Origin: an uncultured bacterium
Lineage (GTDB): Bacteria > JAJVIF01 > JAPKYR01
NCBI GenBank assembly: GCA_965369865.1
Contig: CBDURU010000012.1
Location: 1 to 54,201, forward strand
Length of the DNA: 54,201 nt
Direction of reading: 5' to 3'
Shown here piece after piece: positions 37,283 through 47,037 of the stretch. Each line of letters begins with the position of its first letter. The stretch's first letter is position 1. The notes under the pieces are model-generated. The model ran no database searches, was not told the DNA's origin, and saw only the letters and a program-made list of their open reading frames with translations. The position numbers and the translations under genes were made by a program.

Positions 37283-38302
37283 ATGGCCATCAGACGAAGT
37301 AAAAGTAAGATACAAGGAGAAAATGTTCAGATGCACAAACAATTAGGACCTACAAATAATGCAGAAGCAACCACTGATATGAGCACCAGCATCTCATACC
37401 AGGGTGCAGGTACCGGATGCGGAATGTTAAAACGCTATGGTATAGCTGCTTTACAAAGTGATCTCAAATCATCGGGTGAAGGGTTATCATCAGGGTATGA
37501 TCGCCTTGATGCTCATTGCAGAATACCACAGCGTGCAATCACCATCATAGCTGGGAGACCAAGTCACGGGAAGTCTACGATGCTGCTGAACTTGGCACTC
37601 AATTTTGCGAATGCAAATCCTGATAAAACGTACTACTTCTTTACATACGAGGATGCATGTCAAGTACTTGGCATACGGGCTGTCATGAATCTTGCAGGGG
37701 AGATACTTGATCATGAGAATAACCAAGATCGGTACGAGGCATATATCAAGGGGGATAATCGCAACATGCCGAGTATCAACCATGCAATGGATCAATATGA
37801 AGACCTATCAAAAAGGCTGATCATAAACGATGATCGTATGTCAGCTCAGGAACTTTGTAAAACAGTTGAAGCATTATCACATGAGGTAGATATAGGGGCG
37901 ATCTTCATAGACTACATTCAGAAGGTTCCTTTTGATCATGCGAAGGGCAAGCAGGAATACGCCATAATCAAAGAGATATCACGGTGTTTCCTTAATTGCG
38001 CAATTGATCAAGGCATCCCCGTGATTATGGGCTGTCAGTTGGGGAGACCTGGATCGCTACAGAACTACAAACCAAGTGAAATGGACGCTGTTCTACGTCT
38101 TGACAACATGCGTGAAGCAGGGGATATCGAGATTGATGCAAACCTAGTGCTTGGCTTGTACCTCAACCCATCATCTCATGAACTAACTGTGCGCATTTTG
38201 AAGAACAAACGCGGACCGAGGGACATTGATGTCAGCCTGAAGTTAGAAGGCGCAATTAACCGTATTGTTGAGTACAGAAGAGGTACAAGGAAAGGTTGGT
38301 GA
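37283..38302 (+). CDS. DnaB-like replicative helicase (RecA-like C-terminal domain; Pgp1-like)
   Basis: SGYDRLD, IAGRPSHGKS Walker A, IFIDYIQ Walker B, CQL, REAGDIEIDAN, KNKRG. Confidence 0.9.
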   Translation: MAIRRSKSKIQGENVQMHKQLGPTNNAEATTDMSTSISYQGAGTGCGMLKRYGIAALQSDLKSSGEGLSSGYDRLDAHCRIPQRAITIIAGRPSHGKSTMLLNLALNFANANPDKTYYFFTYEDACQVLGIRAVMNLAGEILDHENNQDRYEAYIKGDNRNMPSINHAMDQYEDLSKRLIINDDRMSAQELCKTVEALSHEVDIGAIFIDYIQKVPFDHAKGKQEYAIIKEISRCFLNCAIDQGIPVIMGCQLGRPGSLQNYKPSEMDAVLRLDNMREAGDIEIDANLVLGLYLNPSSHELTVRILKNKRGPRDIDVSLKLEGAINRIVEYRRGTRKGW

Positions 38303-39348
38303 TGATAGTGGATTCTGCAAATATGATAACAGAAGCTGATGGGGAAATACGCCAAGCACATGATGGGTGGATCAAAGAAGGGATTCATTCGGCACTGCAA
38401 AGACTTGGTGACAGCGAAAGGGATGATGAGTTTTCATCACGTGCTGATTACGATGATATAGAAATTACTGTATCAGGTCTAGATTTAACACAATCTGAAA
38501 CTAAGGCATATAAAGCGATTCTTATACTTCTTGATAAGACAAATTATAAGGGGAATGGGGAAGTCTGCCCGGTAGATTCAGAAGAATGGGTATGGCATCA
38601 AGGTGTAATCCCAGGCTTAAGCTTTACCCTGCCTGAATACCTTAAAGCCTTTGGACTTCAACGAAAAAATGGACGCTTCAGTAGTCACCAGACCGTGGAA
38701 GCTATTAAGGCTCTTAAGGCTTTATCAACAAAGACATGGGGGATATTCTACAAACGTAACCGTTTATCGGGTAACCAAACTGTCACCGATGTTGTGCGAG
38801 TTGTTAGCCCGGTTATCATGCTTGATGACTTGACAATATTTAGTGGGCTAAGTGATGGGGAGGTTATGGATATTGAATCTGGGGGCGATGTCCACGGAAA
38901 GGTTGTACGTAGAGTATTCCACATAAATCCATCCCCTCTGTTAATGGACCAGGTGAGGACTTTTTATGCCCTTCGCGATCCTGATTTACATAACAAGATC
39001 AGGGAGTTCATGGTAGCAAAAGGGTTGCTCAACAGGGGGAGCAGGTTTCCCCATGCAGTTGAACTCTTCATTGATTTAATTGGCACATACAACTTCCCTA
39101 CAATTCAATTTTGGCTACCTAATTTGGCTGTGAGACTCAGACTTCAATCCTGGCTACGGAATTATCAGTGGGCACGCATACACCGGGTTATTGAAACTGC
39201 ATTACATGTCGCACAAGGTCTGGGATACATACGTAGTTGGGAAGTCACCGGACTTGGGAAGGATGCAAAGATTACGTTTTCGGTAAATCCTGAATACAGT
39301 AGTAGGCTTACCAAGAAACCAAGGGCAGTTACCAAAGGTGCAGCATGA
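38296..39348 (+). CDS. Chlamydial plasmid Pgp2-like replication protein
   Basis: GLD...AI..LL..TNYKGN, G.IP...FT..EYL.AFG, SPVI, PSPLLMDQ, FID, W.RI...I..A..LG recalled from pGP2-D; overlaps helicase stop. Confidence 0.75.
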   Translation: MVMIVDSANMITEADGEIRQAHDGWIKEGIHSALQRLGDSERDDEFSSRADYDDIEITVSGLDLTQSETKAYKAILILLDKTNYKGNGEVCPVDSEEWVWHQGVIPGLSFTLPEYLKAFGLQRKNGRFSSHQTVEAIKALKALSTKTWGIFYKRNRLSGNQTVTDVVRVVSPVIMLDDLTIFSGLSDGEVMDIESGGDVHGKVVRRVFHINPSPLLMDQVRTFYALRDPDLHNKIREFMVAKGLLNRGSRFPHAVELFIDLIGTYNFPTIQFWLPNLAVRLRLQSWLRNYQWARIHRVIETALHVAQGLGYIRSWEVTGLGKDAKITFSVNPEYSSRLTKKPRAVTKGAA

Positions 39349-39734
39349 GTGGTAAGATAAAGCGTAAGCCTGTTTCCCAGTGGACAGATGAGGAACTGAA
39401 CAGACACCTGAGTGAGATGGACACAATCAGCCCACCTGATCCTGACATGGATTACTCACCTGCTGCTACCGATGCTTTCATCAAGAAGCATTGGGATGAT
39501 ATCAGAGAAGGTCAAGGCAGGAAATCAGGGCTGAAATCCTTTGATCAATCATTGGTGAAATCAGGGTCTTTCAATGCAAAGTACCCAGTCAGAAAGTGCA
39601 AGTTGTGTGATGGTTCTCATTCACCTGGTACTAGAATCATCAGGTACGGACATGGTTATGCAGCTCGACAATGTGTGCTCAAGGCTAAACTAAAATCAAA
39701 AAGGGCTAAAGAAAAGGTCGGGGCTGAACGGTAA
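39345..39734 (+). CDS. Hypothetical protein with C-terminal Cys motif
   Basis: ATGA overlap with upstream gene; AKY..KCKLC...G.RI...C. Confidence 0.65.
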   Translation: MSGKIKRKPVSQWTDEELNRHLSEMDTISPPDPDMDYSPAATDAFIKKHWDDIREGQGRKSGLKSFDQSLVKSGSFNAKYPVRKCKLCDGSHSPGTRIIRYGHGYAARQCVLKAKLKSKRAKEKVGAER

Positions 39735-39835
39735 GTAGGAATCATGAGCACTTGTTTGCGTTACCATTAGGATAAAGGAAACCATGGTTAATTAGTAACC
39801 ATGATTAAGTAGTTGTAAGCAGTCCCTGCACACAC

Positions 39836-39865
39836 AAAAAGCCCCTGCCGTTCATGCAGGAGCCT
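39836..39865 (-). terminator. Probable terminator after tyrosine recombinase
   Basis: GCCCCTGC/GCAGGAGC imperfect stem with A5 (T5 on minus strand). Confidence 0.5.
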
Positions 39866-39952
39866 TGCGAATGTACTGGATTTCCCCCTATGACTGATGC
39901 CTACTAACCCTTGTGATGACCCTCAGGCACCGTCTGACAGCTTAGAATCAAG

Positions 39953-40978
39953 TCAGGTTGTGTCAGATCGCGGGATATCGGCAAATATCAGATCAGCGAC
40001 GACCCGTTCTGGCAATCCTTCCAGCCGTGATGTTGTGTGCGTGTAAATTTCAGTCGTGACAACGCTCGAATGCCCCAGGCATTGCTGCAAATCCCTCAAC
40101 TCAACTTGACCTGATGACAAAGCTGCCGATGCGAATGAGTGCCTTAATCCATGGGTGCTGATGTGAGACAGGTTGAGCACGTCCAACCGATCCCTGACGA
40201 TCCTGCTGATTGATCTCGCCGTCAAGGGATTGCCATATCGCCGGTTACTCAGCGAACAAAACAAGGGGTTATCAGTTTGCTGACATGGGGACTGTGCTAA
40301 CCACGGTCTGATTAGCTTTTCAACATCGGGCTGGATAACGACAAAGCCGTGTTTACTGTGCATCCCCTTGCGCTGAACTTTCAACAACAACTGCCCACCC
40401 TGGTGAACCAGGTCCGCACGGATCGCACGTACTAACTCGATGCGCCGCAAGCCAGTGCCGATTAGCAGGCTGATGATAGCCTTATCCCTGATATCAGTCA
40501 GGGAATCAGCAGGGATAGACTCGATGATCTCCCGACACTGCTCAACCGTCGCAGGAATCCGTGCCGGTGTATTAGGAGTCCGGACCTTGCGTACTGCCAT
40601 GACACCCTCAATCAGGATCGTGATATGACTCACTTGATCCACTGTAACATTTCCTGATCTTAGAGCTCTTCGCGCGTAACTCATCATGTGTCTGTACAGA
40701 CCCCGAATCGCTGCAAGGTACGAATTTATTGTGTACGGTGATTGCCTAGCATCCAACATGGAATCACGCCATGACTTGACCAGTGTTTCATCAGTGATGT
40801 TAGTCAGTGTTGAGTCCATCGGGATGTTACTGAATGTCAGGAACTGCCTGATCCCATTGCTGTAACTCGCACGTGATGCGCCACGGTATTCTGACAGGAA
40901 CGATTCAACCAGGTCGCGCCAGGTTGTCCTTGTTGGCAGTACTGGCAGGCTAACAGATTCAGTGTGATTGATCGTCAT
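39953..40978 (-). CDS. Tyrosine recombinase (XerC/D-like)
   Basis: TGLRRIE (R), RKG (K), HGLRH, LGH, TTEIYTH (Y); N-terminal SAM-like domain. Confidence 0.93.
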   Translation of the reverse strand: MTINHTESVSLPVLPTRTTWRDLVESFLSEYRGASRASYSNGIRQFLTFSNIPMDSTLTNITDETLVKSWRDSMLDARQSPYTINSYLAAIRGLYRHMMSYARRALRSGNVTVDQVSHITILIEGVMAVRKVRTPNTPARIPATVEQCREIIESIPADSLTDIRDKAIISLLIGTGLRRIELVRAIRADLVHQGGQLLLKVQRKGMHSKHGFVVIQPDVEKLIRPWLAQSPCQQTDNPLFCSLSNRRYGNPLTARSISRIVRDRLDVLNLSHISTHGLRHSFASAALSSGQVELRDLQQCLGHSSVVTTEIYTHTTSRLEGLPERVVADLIFADIPRSDTT

Positions 40979-41199
40979 GTGACATCACGCCGATCCCGTG
41001 GCCAGTGGCAGGTTCCGGGTTTAGTCTTGATTACGATGTCATTCTCGTTTGTTGACAGTGAAACGTTGCCCTTCAATAGTGCGAGCATTAACCCGTTGAA
41101 TGCTTCCCCCATCTGAATACCTTCCGCAATGCAGTGCCCTTTAAAGCGTCTGTACAGTTCAACGTCGATCTTCTTGATATGTTTGATGTCTCGTTTCAT
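40975..41199 (-). CDS. Small ribbon-helix-helix-like DNA-binding protein
   Basis: IKKIDVELYRRFKGHCIAEGIQMGEAFNGLM pattern; start taken at ATG 41199. Confidence 0.5.
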   Translation of the reverse strand: MKRDIKHIKKIDVELYRRFKGHCIAEGIQMGEAFNGLMLALLKGNVSLSTNENDIVIKTKPGTCHWPRDRRDVT

Positions 41200-41274
41200 A
41201 TTGTTTCTCGCTTTCATTTGATTTAAAAGAAAGGGCAGGACATTACCGGCTGATAATATCCTACCCATGATATG

Positions 41275-42447
41275 TCATTCAGGCAACCGGACAGGCATCA
41301 GGATAGCCGACTGACTTGTGTTGCCGTTTGCCTGTACTGCAATCGGGTTTAACTCATTCCCGTACCGGATTGAAACGATCTGCCCCTTGTGTGACTTCAA
41401 GACAGCCTGCAGGTACTTATAGTTAAGTCCGACCAGCATATCAGGACCATCTGCATGATCCGTATCAAGCCAGATTCTGCCCGAACCTTCACTTTCAGCG
41501 GTTGCAGACACATACAAGGTTCCGTTCCCGGACAGCTTGACGATGTCCCGGCTGTCCCCTGCCTTTAAAATCGGCTTTAACTGGTTAATTGCCTTTGATA
41601 ATGCATCTGCTTTGACTTCAAGCGAACCGTGATAGGTTCCCGATGTGACTTCAGTCCATGCCGGATAGACCGTGTCAACTATTCTGCAGAATCCTTCAGT
41701 TTTATCGACAGCCCATGCTAAATAATCGGTGCATGTCCCTGTCTCACATGTCACACGTCGGATGCCGAAATCGCATTGTGCAGAATAGTCCGCCTTGATT
41801 TTAGCTATCTTATTTACCAGTTCCGCGTTAATAAGGGCTTTAAATTCGCACGGTTTGCCATCCGCAACATCGAAACACATCACGCCTTGAATGTCCGAAT
41901 AATTTAAACGCCTTGCATCGGTTCCGACTATGCACTGGTAGTCGGTCTTGATGTCGAATAAAACACAGTTCCTGTAATTCCTTTCGGCCTTGTCAGTCGC
42001 GGAATGCGCGAACTTCACAGCCTTTGAGAACTGCCCGAATGATGTCCTGAAACTATGATCGTGCAAGTGTCTGAACCATGCATTCGGAAGTGCCGGGAAT
42101 TCGGTCTCACACTTCACAGACGTGAACGTGAAAACGGACTGGCCAAATTCCGCGACAAAGCCGGTGCCGTCATACTTCAGTGTGACTTCACCCTTTGCGG
42201 TTTGTGATAAAGCGTAAAGTTCCGCGAACTTGACCGCACATGATCCGGGACAGGCTACCCATGCTTCAAGGGGAAACCGTGCAGCGGAACCGGCCTTGAA
42301 ATCGTATGCCGTGATATGTGTCCCGTTCTGGACGTCTGCCTGTATGAGTATATGCCCGCAAATTTCAGGCAACGGCCTTGACATCACGAACGGCTTGATT
42401 CCCTGCAGTGTGTCCTTAAGTTGTTTTGAGTCTATTGTTAATTTCAT
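41275..42447 (-). CDS. Divergent DNA polymerase III beta sliding clamp homolog
   Basis: 390 aa; EFPALP, VGTDARRL, YPAW, GLNYKYL, C-terminal ILMPVRL as in DnaN. Confidence 0.85.
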   Translation of the reverse strand: MKLTIDSKQLKDTLQGIKPFVMSRPLPEICGHILIQADVQNGTHITAYDFKAGSAARFPLEAWVACPGSCAVKFAELYALSQTAKGEVTLKYDGTGFVAEFGQSVFTFTSVKCETEFPALPNAWFRHLHDHSFRTSFGQFSKAVKFAHSATDKAERNYRNCVLFDIKTDYQCIVGTDARRLNYSDIQGVMCFDVADGKPCEFKALINAELVNKIAKIKADYSAQCDFGIRRVTCETGTCTDYLAWAVDKTEGFCRIVDTVYPAWTEVTSGTYHGSLEVKADALSKAINQLKPILKAGDSRDIVKLSGNGTLYVSATAESEGSGRIWLDTDHADGPDMLVGLNYKYLQAVLKSHKGQIVSIRYGNELNPIAVQANGNTSQSAILMPVRLPE

Positions 42448-42497
42448 TTTTGGTTTCCTTTCAGTCGAATTTAGCCTTTCCCTGCACGTACTCCCTG

Positions 42498-42824
42498 TTA
42501 CATCAGTTCAGAGAGTCTTACCGGTGTCCAATACAAATCCCGTTCGACCGGCAAACCTAACGGACCGCGTACTGACTGCAGTTCAGAAAGCCAGAAATAC
42601 CCTAATTCCCTTGCCAGACCGTCAACCAGTCCAAAGAACTGTACATTGCCTGTTTCCGGGTCCTGACTTGCTGATACCGCGTACCACGTCCACTGTGCGT
42701 CCGGAGTAAAGAACTTAACCAGGACCATGGTTTCAGTCGCGGGAAGTTCGCGACCGGGACCGCTTTCGTGGTACGGATCCTGTTTCTGCAGTTTGGCAAG
42801 GTCTGATTTAGTTAGTAGTTTCAT
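42498..42824 (-). CDS. DUF2958 family protein
   Basis: VKFFTPDAQWTWY, FFGLVDG..ELGY..LSEL, VERDLY. Confidence 0.85.
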   Translation of the reverse strand: MKLLTKSDLAKLQKQDPYHESGPGRELPATETMVLVKFFTPDAQWTWYAVSASQDPETGNVQFFGLVDGLARELGYFWLSELQSVRGPLGLPVERDLYWTPVRLSELM

Positions 42825-43168
42825 GCCGGTACCCCTTTCAGGACTTTCATATCGTCCCTTGTGATTGCCGATACCGGGATACTTCCATACTTATAACGGG
42901 GATTGCCTTTACCACGTCGGGATTGATATCCGCAATTGTGTGCCCACTGTCCGCGTATCCGGACCCACCGGAAACCTGCAGACTTTAAAAGGTCGCGGGT
43001 TTCAAGGTCCGGCTTTTCGTCGAACTTAACCCAAACCCATCGACCGACAACATCAGCAGGTATGTCGTGATCTTTACAGAACTGAACGACATCAACCAGA
43101 TCAATCAGTTTATCGGTTGTGTTACTTTGGGGGTTTGCCGGATTACCGGCTTGAGTGGTAGAATACAT
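42821..43168 (-). CDS. Hypothetical MGE protein
   Basis: GRWVWV...LKSAGFRW...W motif common in phage/plasmid proteins; AAGGA SD; ATGA overlap with next gene. Confidence 0.65.
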   Translation of the reverse strand: MYSTTQAGNPANPQSNTTDKLIDLVDVVQFCKDHDIPADVVGRWVWVKFDEKPDLETRDLLKSAGFRWVRIRGQWAHNCGYQSRRGKGNPRYKYGSIPVSAITRDDMKVLKGVPA

Positions 43169-43239
43169 TCTTTAGTCCTTTGGGTGTCCGGTTCGTTTAG
43201 CGACAAGTCCGGGCACCCTCTTATTTTTTTGTCAACCGT

Positions 43240-43268
43240 ATCTTAACAGATAGTGTTACCAGTGTCAA
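43240..43268 (-). promoter_or_regulatory. Strong sigma70 promoter with palindromic operator candidate
   Basis: Minus strand TTGACA-17 nt-TAAGAT with TG extension; TAACA-N5-TGTTA palindrome at 43244-43258. Confidence 0.65.
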
Positions 43269-43731
43269 GCGGTATTACCAGATTTACCAGAATAAATGGG
43301 TTAATTCCTGCACTGAAATGCTGCCAGTGTCACCAAAGGGGCAATACAGGACATAGAAAAGCGCATGGGTTTCCAGTGGTAAAGGTCCAGCCGGTAGCAG
43401 TCCTAAAGGTGTTTGTGTTCAGCATCAGGAAGCAAATGCACTCCCACTGATAACAAATGAAGGTTTCTGCCGGTGATAACTGGACAGCAGATCATGCAGT
43501 TAAGGCAGGATAAAGGATAGCAGGCAGGCAACCGGCAGGCTGTCTATTGATAAAGGGATGTGCGCAGACCCAAGGGGGGGGGTATTGGACCGCCAGGATT
43601 TGTGCCCTTAAGGGACTCATACCCCCCTCTCGAACCAGCGACCATTTTTCAACATTGCAGTCCCGCTGCACACACAGCCAGCCCTGCATCACCTTATTTA
43701 CTTTACACAATTACCTTACTCAACAATCAGC

Positions 43732-46700
43732 TTACGTTGTAACCATCCAGCAGACCAGATCAACCTCATCCTCTTCGATATCCGGTAACGGTTCAGGTGG
43801 AATCAAAGGCTGTAAACCCAGTTCATCCACTAGCTCGATTATGGCAAGTGATTTCGCCGTGCCATGTGCCTCCTCCTTCATTAATGTCCTTAATGTGTTC
43901 TCAATACGCCTTTGCCATGGTGCCCTTAATGAGTCAACAGCACGGTCTATTTTCTCCTGGGAAATATCAGAGGGAGGATACTTCCTTAAGTGGTCTATTG
44001 CCCGTTCAAAAACAGGACGGACTTTTTCCTGCAAATTCCTTGGGTCTGTAAGCTCCATCCATTCCTCGTATATATCGTGTCGGGCACGCTCCCACATTTC
44101 GTATAGCTTTCCCCTTATATCATCAGGTAAATCCAACGTTGTATCCTTATCGCAGCTAATCACAGCAAGACACCGAAGTGTATCTCCTTCGATTTCACCA
44201 CCATCGAAAGGCACGAATCGATAGTAAACCCGATCACCAACTCTTGCGCAAAACGTCGCTCCTGCTCTCTGTGCGCCACTGAAACCGGAACCTGCTGCGG
44301 CAGGAAGGCTTCTTATCTGCTTCCCCCATTCGTCCATAGCATTTTTAAGCTGCTGACGATATTCCTCACCGGAATGTGCGTGAGGGTCTTCACCAGCGTT
44401 TTTAAGCAAAGTAGGATCATTCTTGCTGAGTCTTTCAATCTCTTCTCTTGTTTCCGCAAAGACGATCTCCGACGTATCGCTTCCGGGGATAACTTCCGAC
44501 TCCACCCCAATCGATGCAGCAGCCTGAGCTAACTTGTACCTGATCCTCCCCTCAAGTTCGAGGATCGCGTCAAGACGTTTCTCCGGGAAAAAACAACCAA
44601 TGTAAACTCTTCTGTGCCTGCTCCCGATTCGATCCAGTCGTCCGTGCCTCTGCACCAACCGCATCGGATTCCACGGCAGATCGTAGTTAATCACATGACG
44701 AGCCTGTTGAAGATTCTGCCCCTCAGACAGTACATCTGTAGAAACCAGAATATCGAAACGATCCTCCGCAAGATGTTCAGGGGCTTCCGAACTGATCGGG
44801 ACGAACCCATACAGTGCTTCCTGTGGAGTAACACCCAGTCGAGACCCTTTCCCGCTTGTTGAAACGGTCCTGCCGCGATATACCTCAAGCCGTGGATCAT
44901 TTTCAATCTTCTCCCTAATATAGGTCTCGATCCAGTCTACCGTATCTACAAACGTCGAAAAAATCGCTACCTTACGGAAGTCCCTGTAATCCGCTTCTGT
45001 AGCTGCGTCTTTTTCAGCCTGCTCTGTGATCTCAGCCAAGTACTCAATAAGCGCTTCCAGCTTTGGATCATCTTCCGGTTTAACAAGCTCAGCCATCTCC
45101 AACAGCTCTTCAAAAACCCGGAGATCGTTTGCTACATCCTCCCTGAGTTGGCCAGCCTTGAAGAGAGATACCGGCTCCGTGGTATCATAGCGTTCGACAA
45201 GTTCGTCAAATTCCTCTGAATCCCAAACCTCAGGATCGTACTCAGACAACATCTCAGCAGTTGCCACGTATCCCTTATCCATCGTGGCAAGAAATGCCCT
45301 ATGTGCATCGACAAGTCGTCGAAGTGTACGGTGGAAAGCGTAAATTGATGATTCAAACCGCTTGAGAAGTCCCGACCTTATCAATCCGCTCAATGCGAAC
45401 TGCTGCATCCTGTTCTCGCCTTCCTCTATTTTGTACCAGTCCGGCAGATATCGAGCCATCGTAATTTCAGGCTTGATACCCTCCGGAGGGGCAAGCGCGG
45501 TTTCAAGGCGGTCGAAAAGCTCAGGCATAATGTCCTCAAACTCATACTTAATGGTCCTAAGTTCCGGCGTGGGAAATGCTATCGGGATATCCACACCATC
45601 AGGACCCGGAATCCGAGCGCCTTTGTACCACTTCTTTACAAATGTTCTCGTGCGACGAACAGTGCATACGTCGAGAAGATCGAAAAGGATATCGGGACTA
45701 AGTTCATGCGGGTCATACTCCATCGCTTTGTTGAACCGCTTTTTCAAACTGACAATCCCGTCCTGAGAAAATGCCGCATCGTGTCCCGCGAAATACATGA
45801 TGACGTAATACAAGTCCCAAAGTGAGTTGTTCACGGGAGTTGCCGACATGAACACGACATCCTTCGGGGGTTTGCCCATCAGGAACTTCCTTAAAGCTGC
45901 TGCTCGTCTTGTATCTGGATTACGAAATGCATGTCCCTCGTCAATAACCACAAGAGAGTAATCCTTAATTGAATTCTTGAGGTATGGATGTTCGCCACCG
46001 AATTGAACATCATCGGCGAACTGCTCAAACGAGACACTTTCAATATGAAGCTGGAACCGGTTGGCAAATCTCTCCCATGTGCCGTCCCGAAGTGCGGCAG
46101 GAGCGATCAGCAAAACCCTCTGTCTCAGATCCTCGACTCTCGACCTTATTAATTCCCCACCGATGAATGTCTTACCCAGACCCACACCGTCCGCGATGAT
46201 CGTTCCGTGATACTTTTCCAACTGCCTTTCAGCGCGCCAGACCCCGTCACGCTGGAATTCGGTCAGCCTGATTCGTCCGACTTCCTCCTCCTCTTCCTCA
46301 AGTTCATCTGAATACCGCTCCCAGAGAAAACGAAGGTAGATCAGGTACGGCGGATACTCCGCAAATCTTGCCTGATATAATTCAGCCAGATCATAAGGCT
46401 CCGCTTCTTCCCACAATTCGTCAAACCATTTCCTGACCTGTGCTACCGGTGTCGGATCATATCGACCGAGATTCAATTCCAGGTTACTTGTCAGTCCCGC
46501 CTGAGTAAAATTCGATGAGCCAGCAATTACACCTTCGCTTGTTGAGAAGATGAACGCCTTCCCGTGCAGGAATTTTTTCGTATAGCGCCTGACCTCGACC
46601 CTGTCAGTATCCAGCCACTCAAGAAGCCTTTGTATGTTTTTCTCTTCTGATGGCAGAAATGGAATTAAGTCCCTATCACCAAGTATGCCTTCCTCATTGT

Positions 46701-47028
46701 CCTTTAACGCACGTTTAAGTTGGCTTGCCCACCATGCATCAACTGCCTGTTCCCCCGGTTTGCACTTGACAGTCCGTGGTGGCACATAAGGTTCAGCGCC
46801 AAGAAGTAATCTGACCTTTGGAAGACGCTCAAGTTGCTTTGCTATCAGCGCGAATCCGCCAGGATTGAAATAACCTGTCGCTATCGACAACTCAACTGGA
46901 AGCACAAGTGCATAATCAAGATCGTCAAGGTGCTGCCTGAGAGCTTCAACAAGCGTGTTTCCATCGCGATTATCGACAAACTCAGGTTTGCGAATCGTCA
47001 TATTATTCTCCAACGCCTTGATAAGCAA
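43732..47028 (-). CDS. PLD-nuclease / SNF2-family helicase fusion
   Basis: LHGK...GSSNFT (PLD); ADGVGLGKT, IDEGH, SATP, SEGQNLQ, QRHGRLDRIG. Confidence 0.9.
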   Translation of the reverse strand: MLIKALENNMTIRKPEFVDNRDGNTLVEALRQHLDDLDYALVLPVELSIATGYFNPGGFALIAKQLERLPKVRLLLGAEPYVPPRTVKCKPGEQAVDAWWASQLKRALKDNEEGILGDRDLIPFLPSEEKNIQRLLEWLDTDRVEVRRYTKKFLHGKAFIFSTSEGVIAGSSNFTQAGLTSNLELNLGRYDPTPVAQVRKWFDELWEEAEPYDLAELYQARFAEYPPYLIYLRFLWERYSDELEEEEEEVGRIRLTEFQRDGVWRAERQLEKYHGTIIADGVGLGKTFIGGELIRSRVEDLRQRVLLIAPAALRDGTWERFANRFQLHIESVSFEQFADDVQFGGEHPYLKNSIKDYSLVVIDEGHAFRNPDTRRAAALRKFLMGKPPKDVVFMSATPVNNSLWDLYYVIMYFAGHDAAFSQDGIVSLKKRFNKAMEYDPHELSPDILFDLLDVCTVRRTRTFVKKWYKGARIPGPDGVDIPIAFPTPELRTIKYEFEDIMPELFDRLETALAPPEGIKPEITMARYLPDWYKIEEGENRMQQFALSGLIRSGLLKRFESSIYAFHRTLRRLVDAHRAFLATMDKGYVATAEMLSEYDPEVWDSEEFDELVERYDTTEPVSLFKAGQLREDVANDLRVFEELLEMAELVKPEDDPKLEALIEYLAEITEQAEKDAATEADYRDFRKVAIFSTFVDTVDWIETYIREKIENDPRLEVYRGRTVSTSGKGSRLGVTPQEALYGFVPISSEAPEHLAEDRFDILVSTDVLSEGQNLQQARHVINYDLPWNPMRLVQRHGRLDRIGSRHRRVYIGCFFPEKRLDAILELEGRIRYKLAQAAASIGVESEVIPGSDTSEIVFAETREEIERLSKNDPTLLKNAGEDPHAHSGEEYRQQLKNAMDEWGKQIRSLPAAAGSGFSGAQRAGATFCARVGDRVYYRFVPFDGGEIEGDTLRCLAVISCDKDTTLDLPDDIRGKLYEMWERARHDIYEEWMELTDPRNLQEKVRPVFERAIDHLRKYPPSDISQEKIDRAVDSLRAPWQRRIENTLRTLMKEEAHGTAKSLAIIELVDELGLQPLIPPEPLPDIEEDEVDLVCWMVTT

Positions 47029-47037
47029 TATCCATGC

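Noticed and set aside
43547..44224. 225-aa plus-strand ORF
   Set aside because: Mostly antisense to the helicase 3' end with Ser-rich shadow composition
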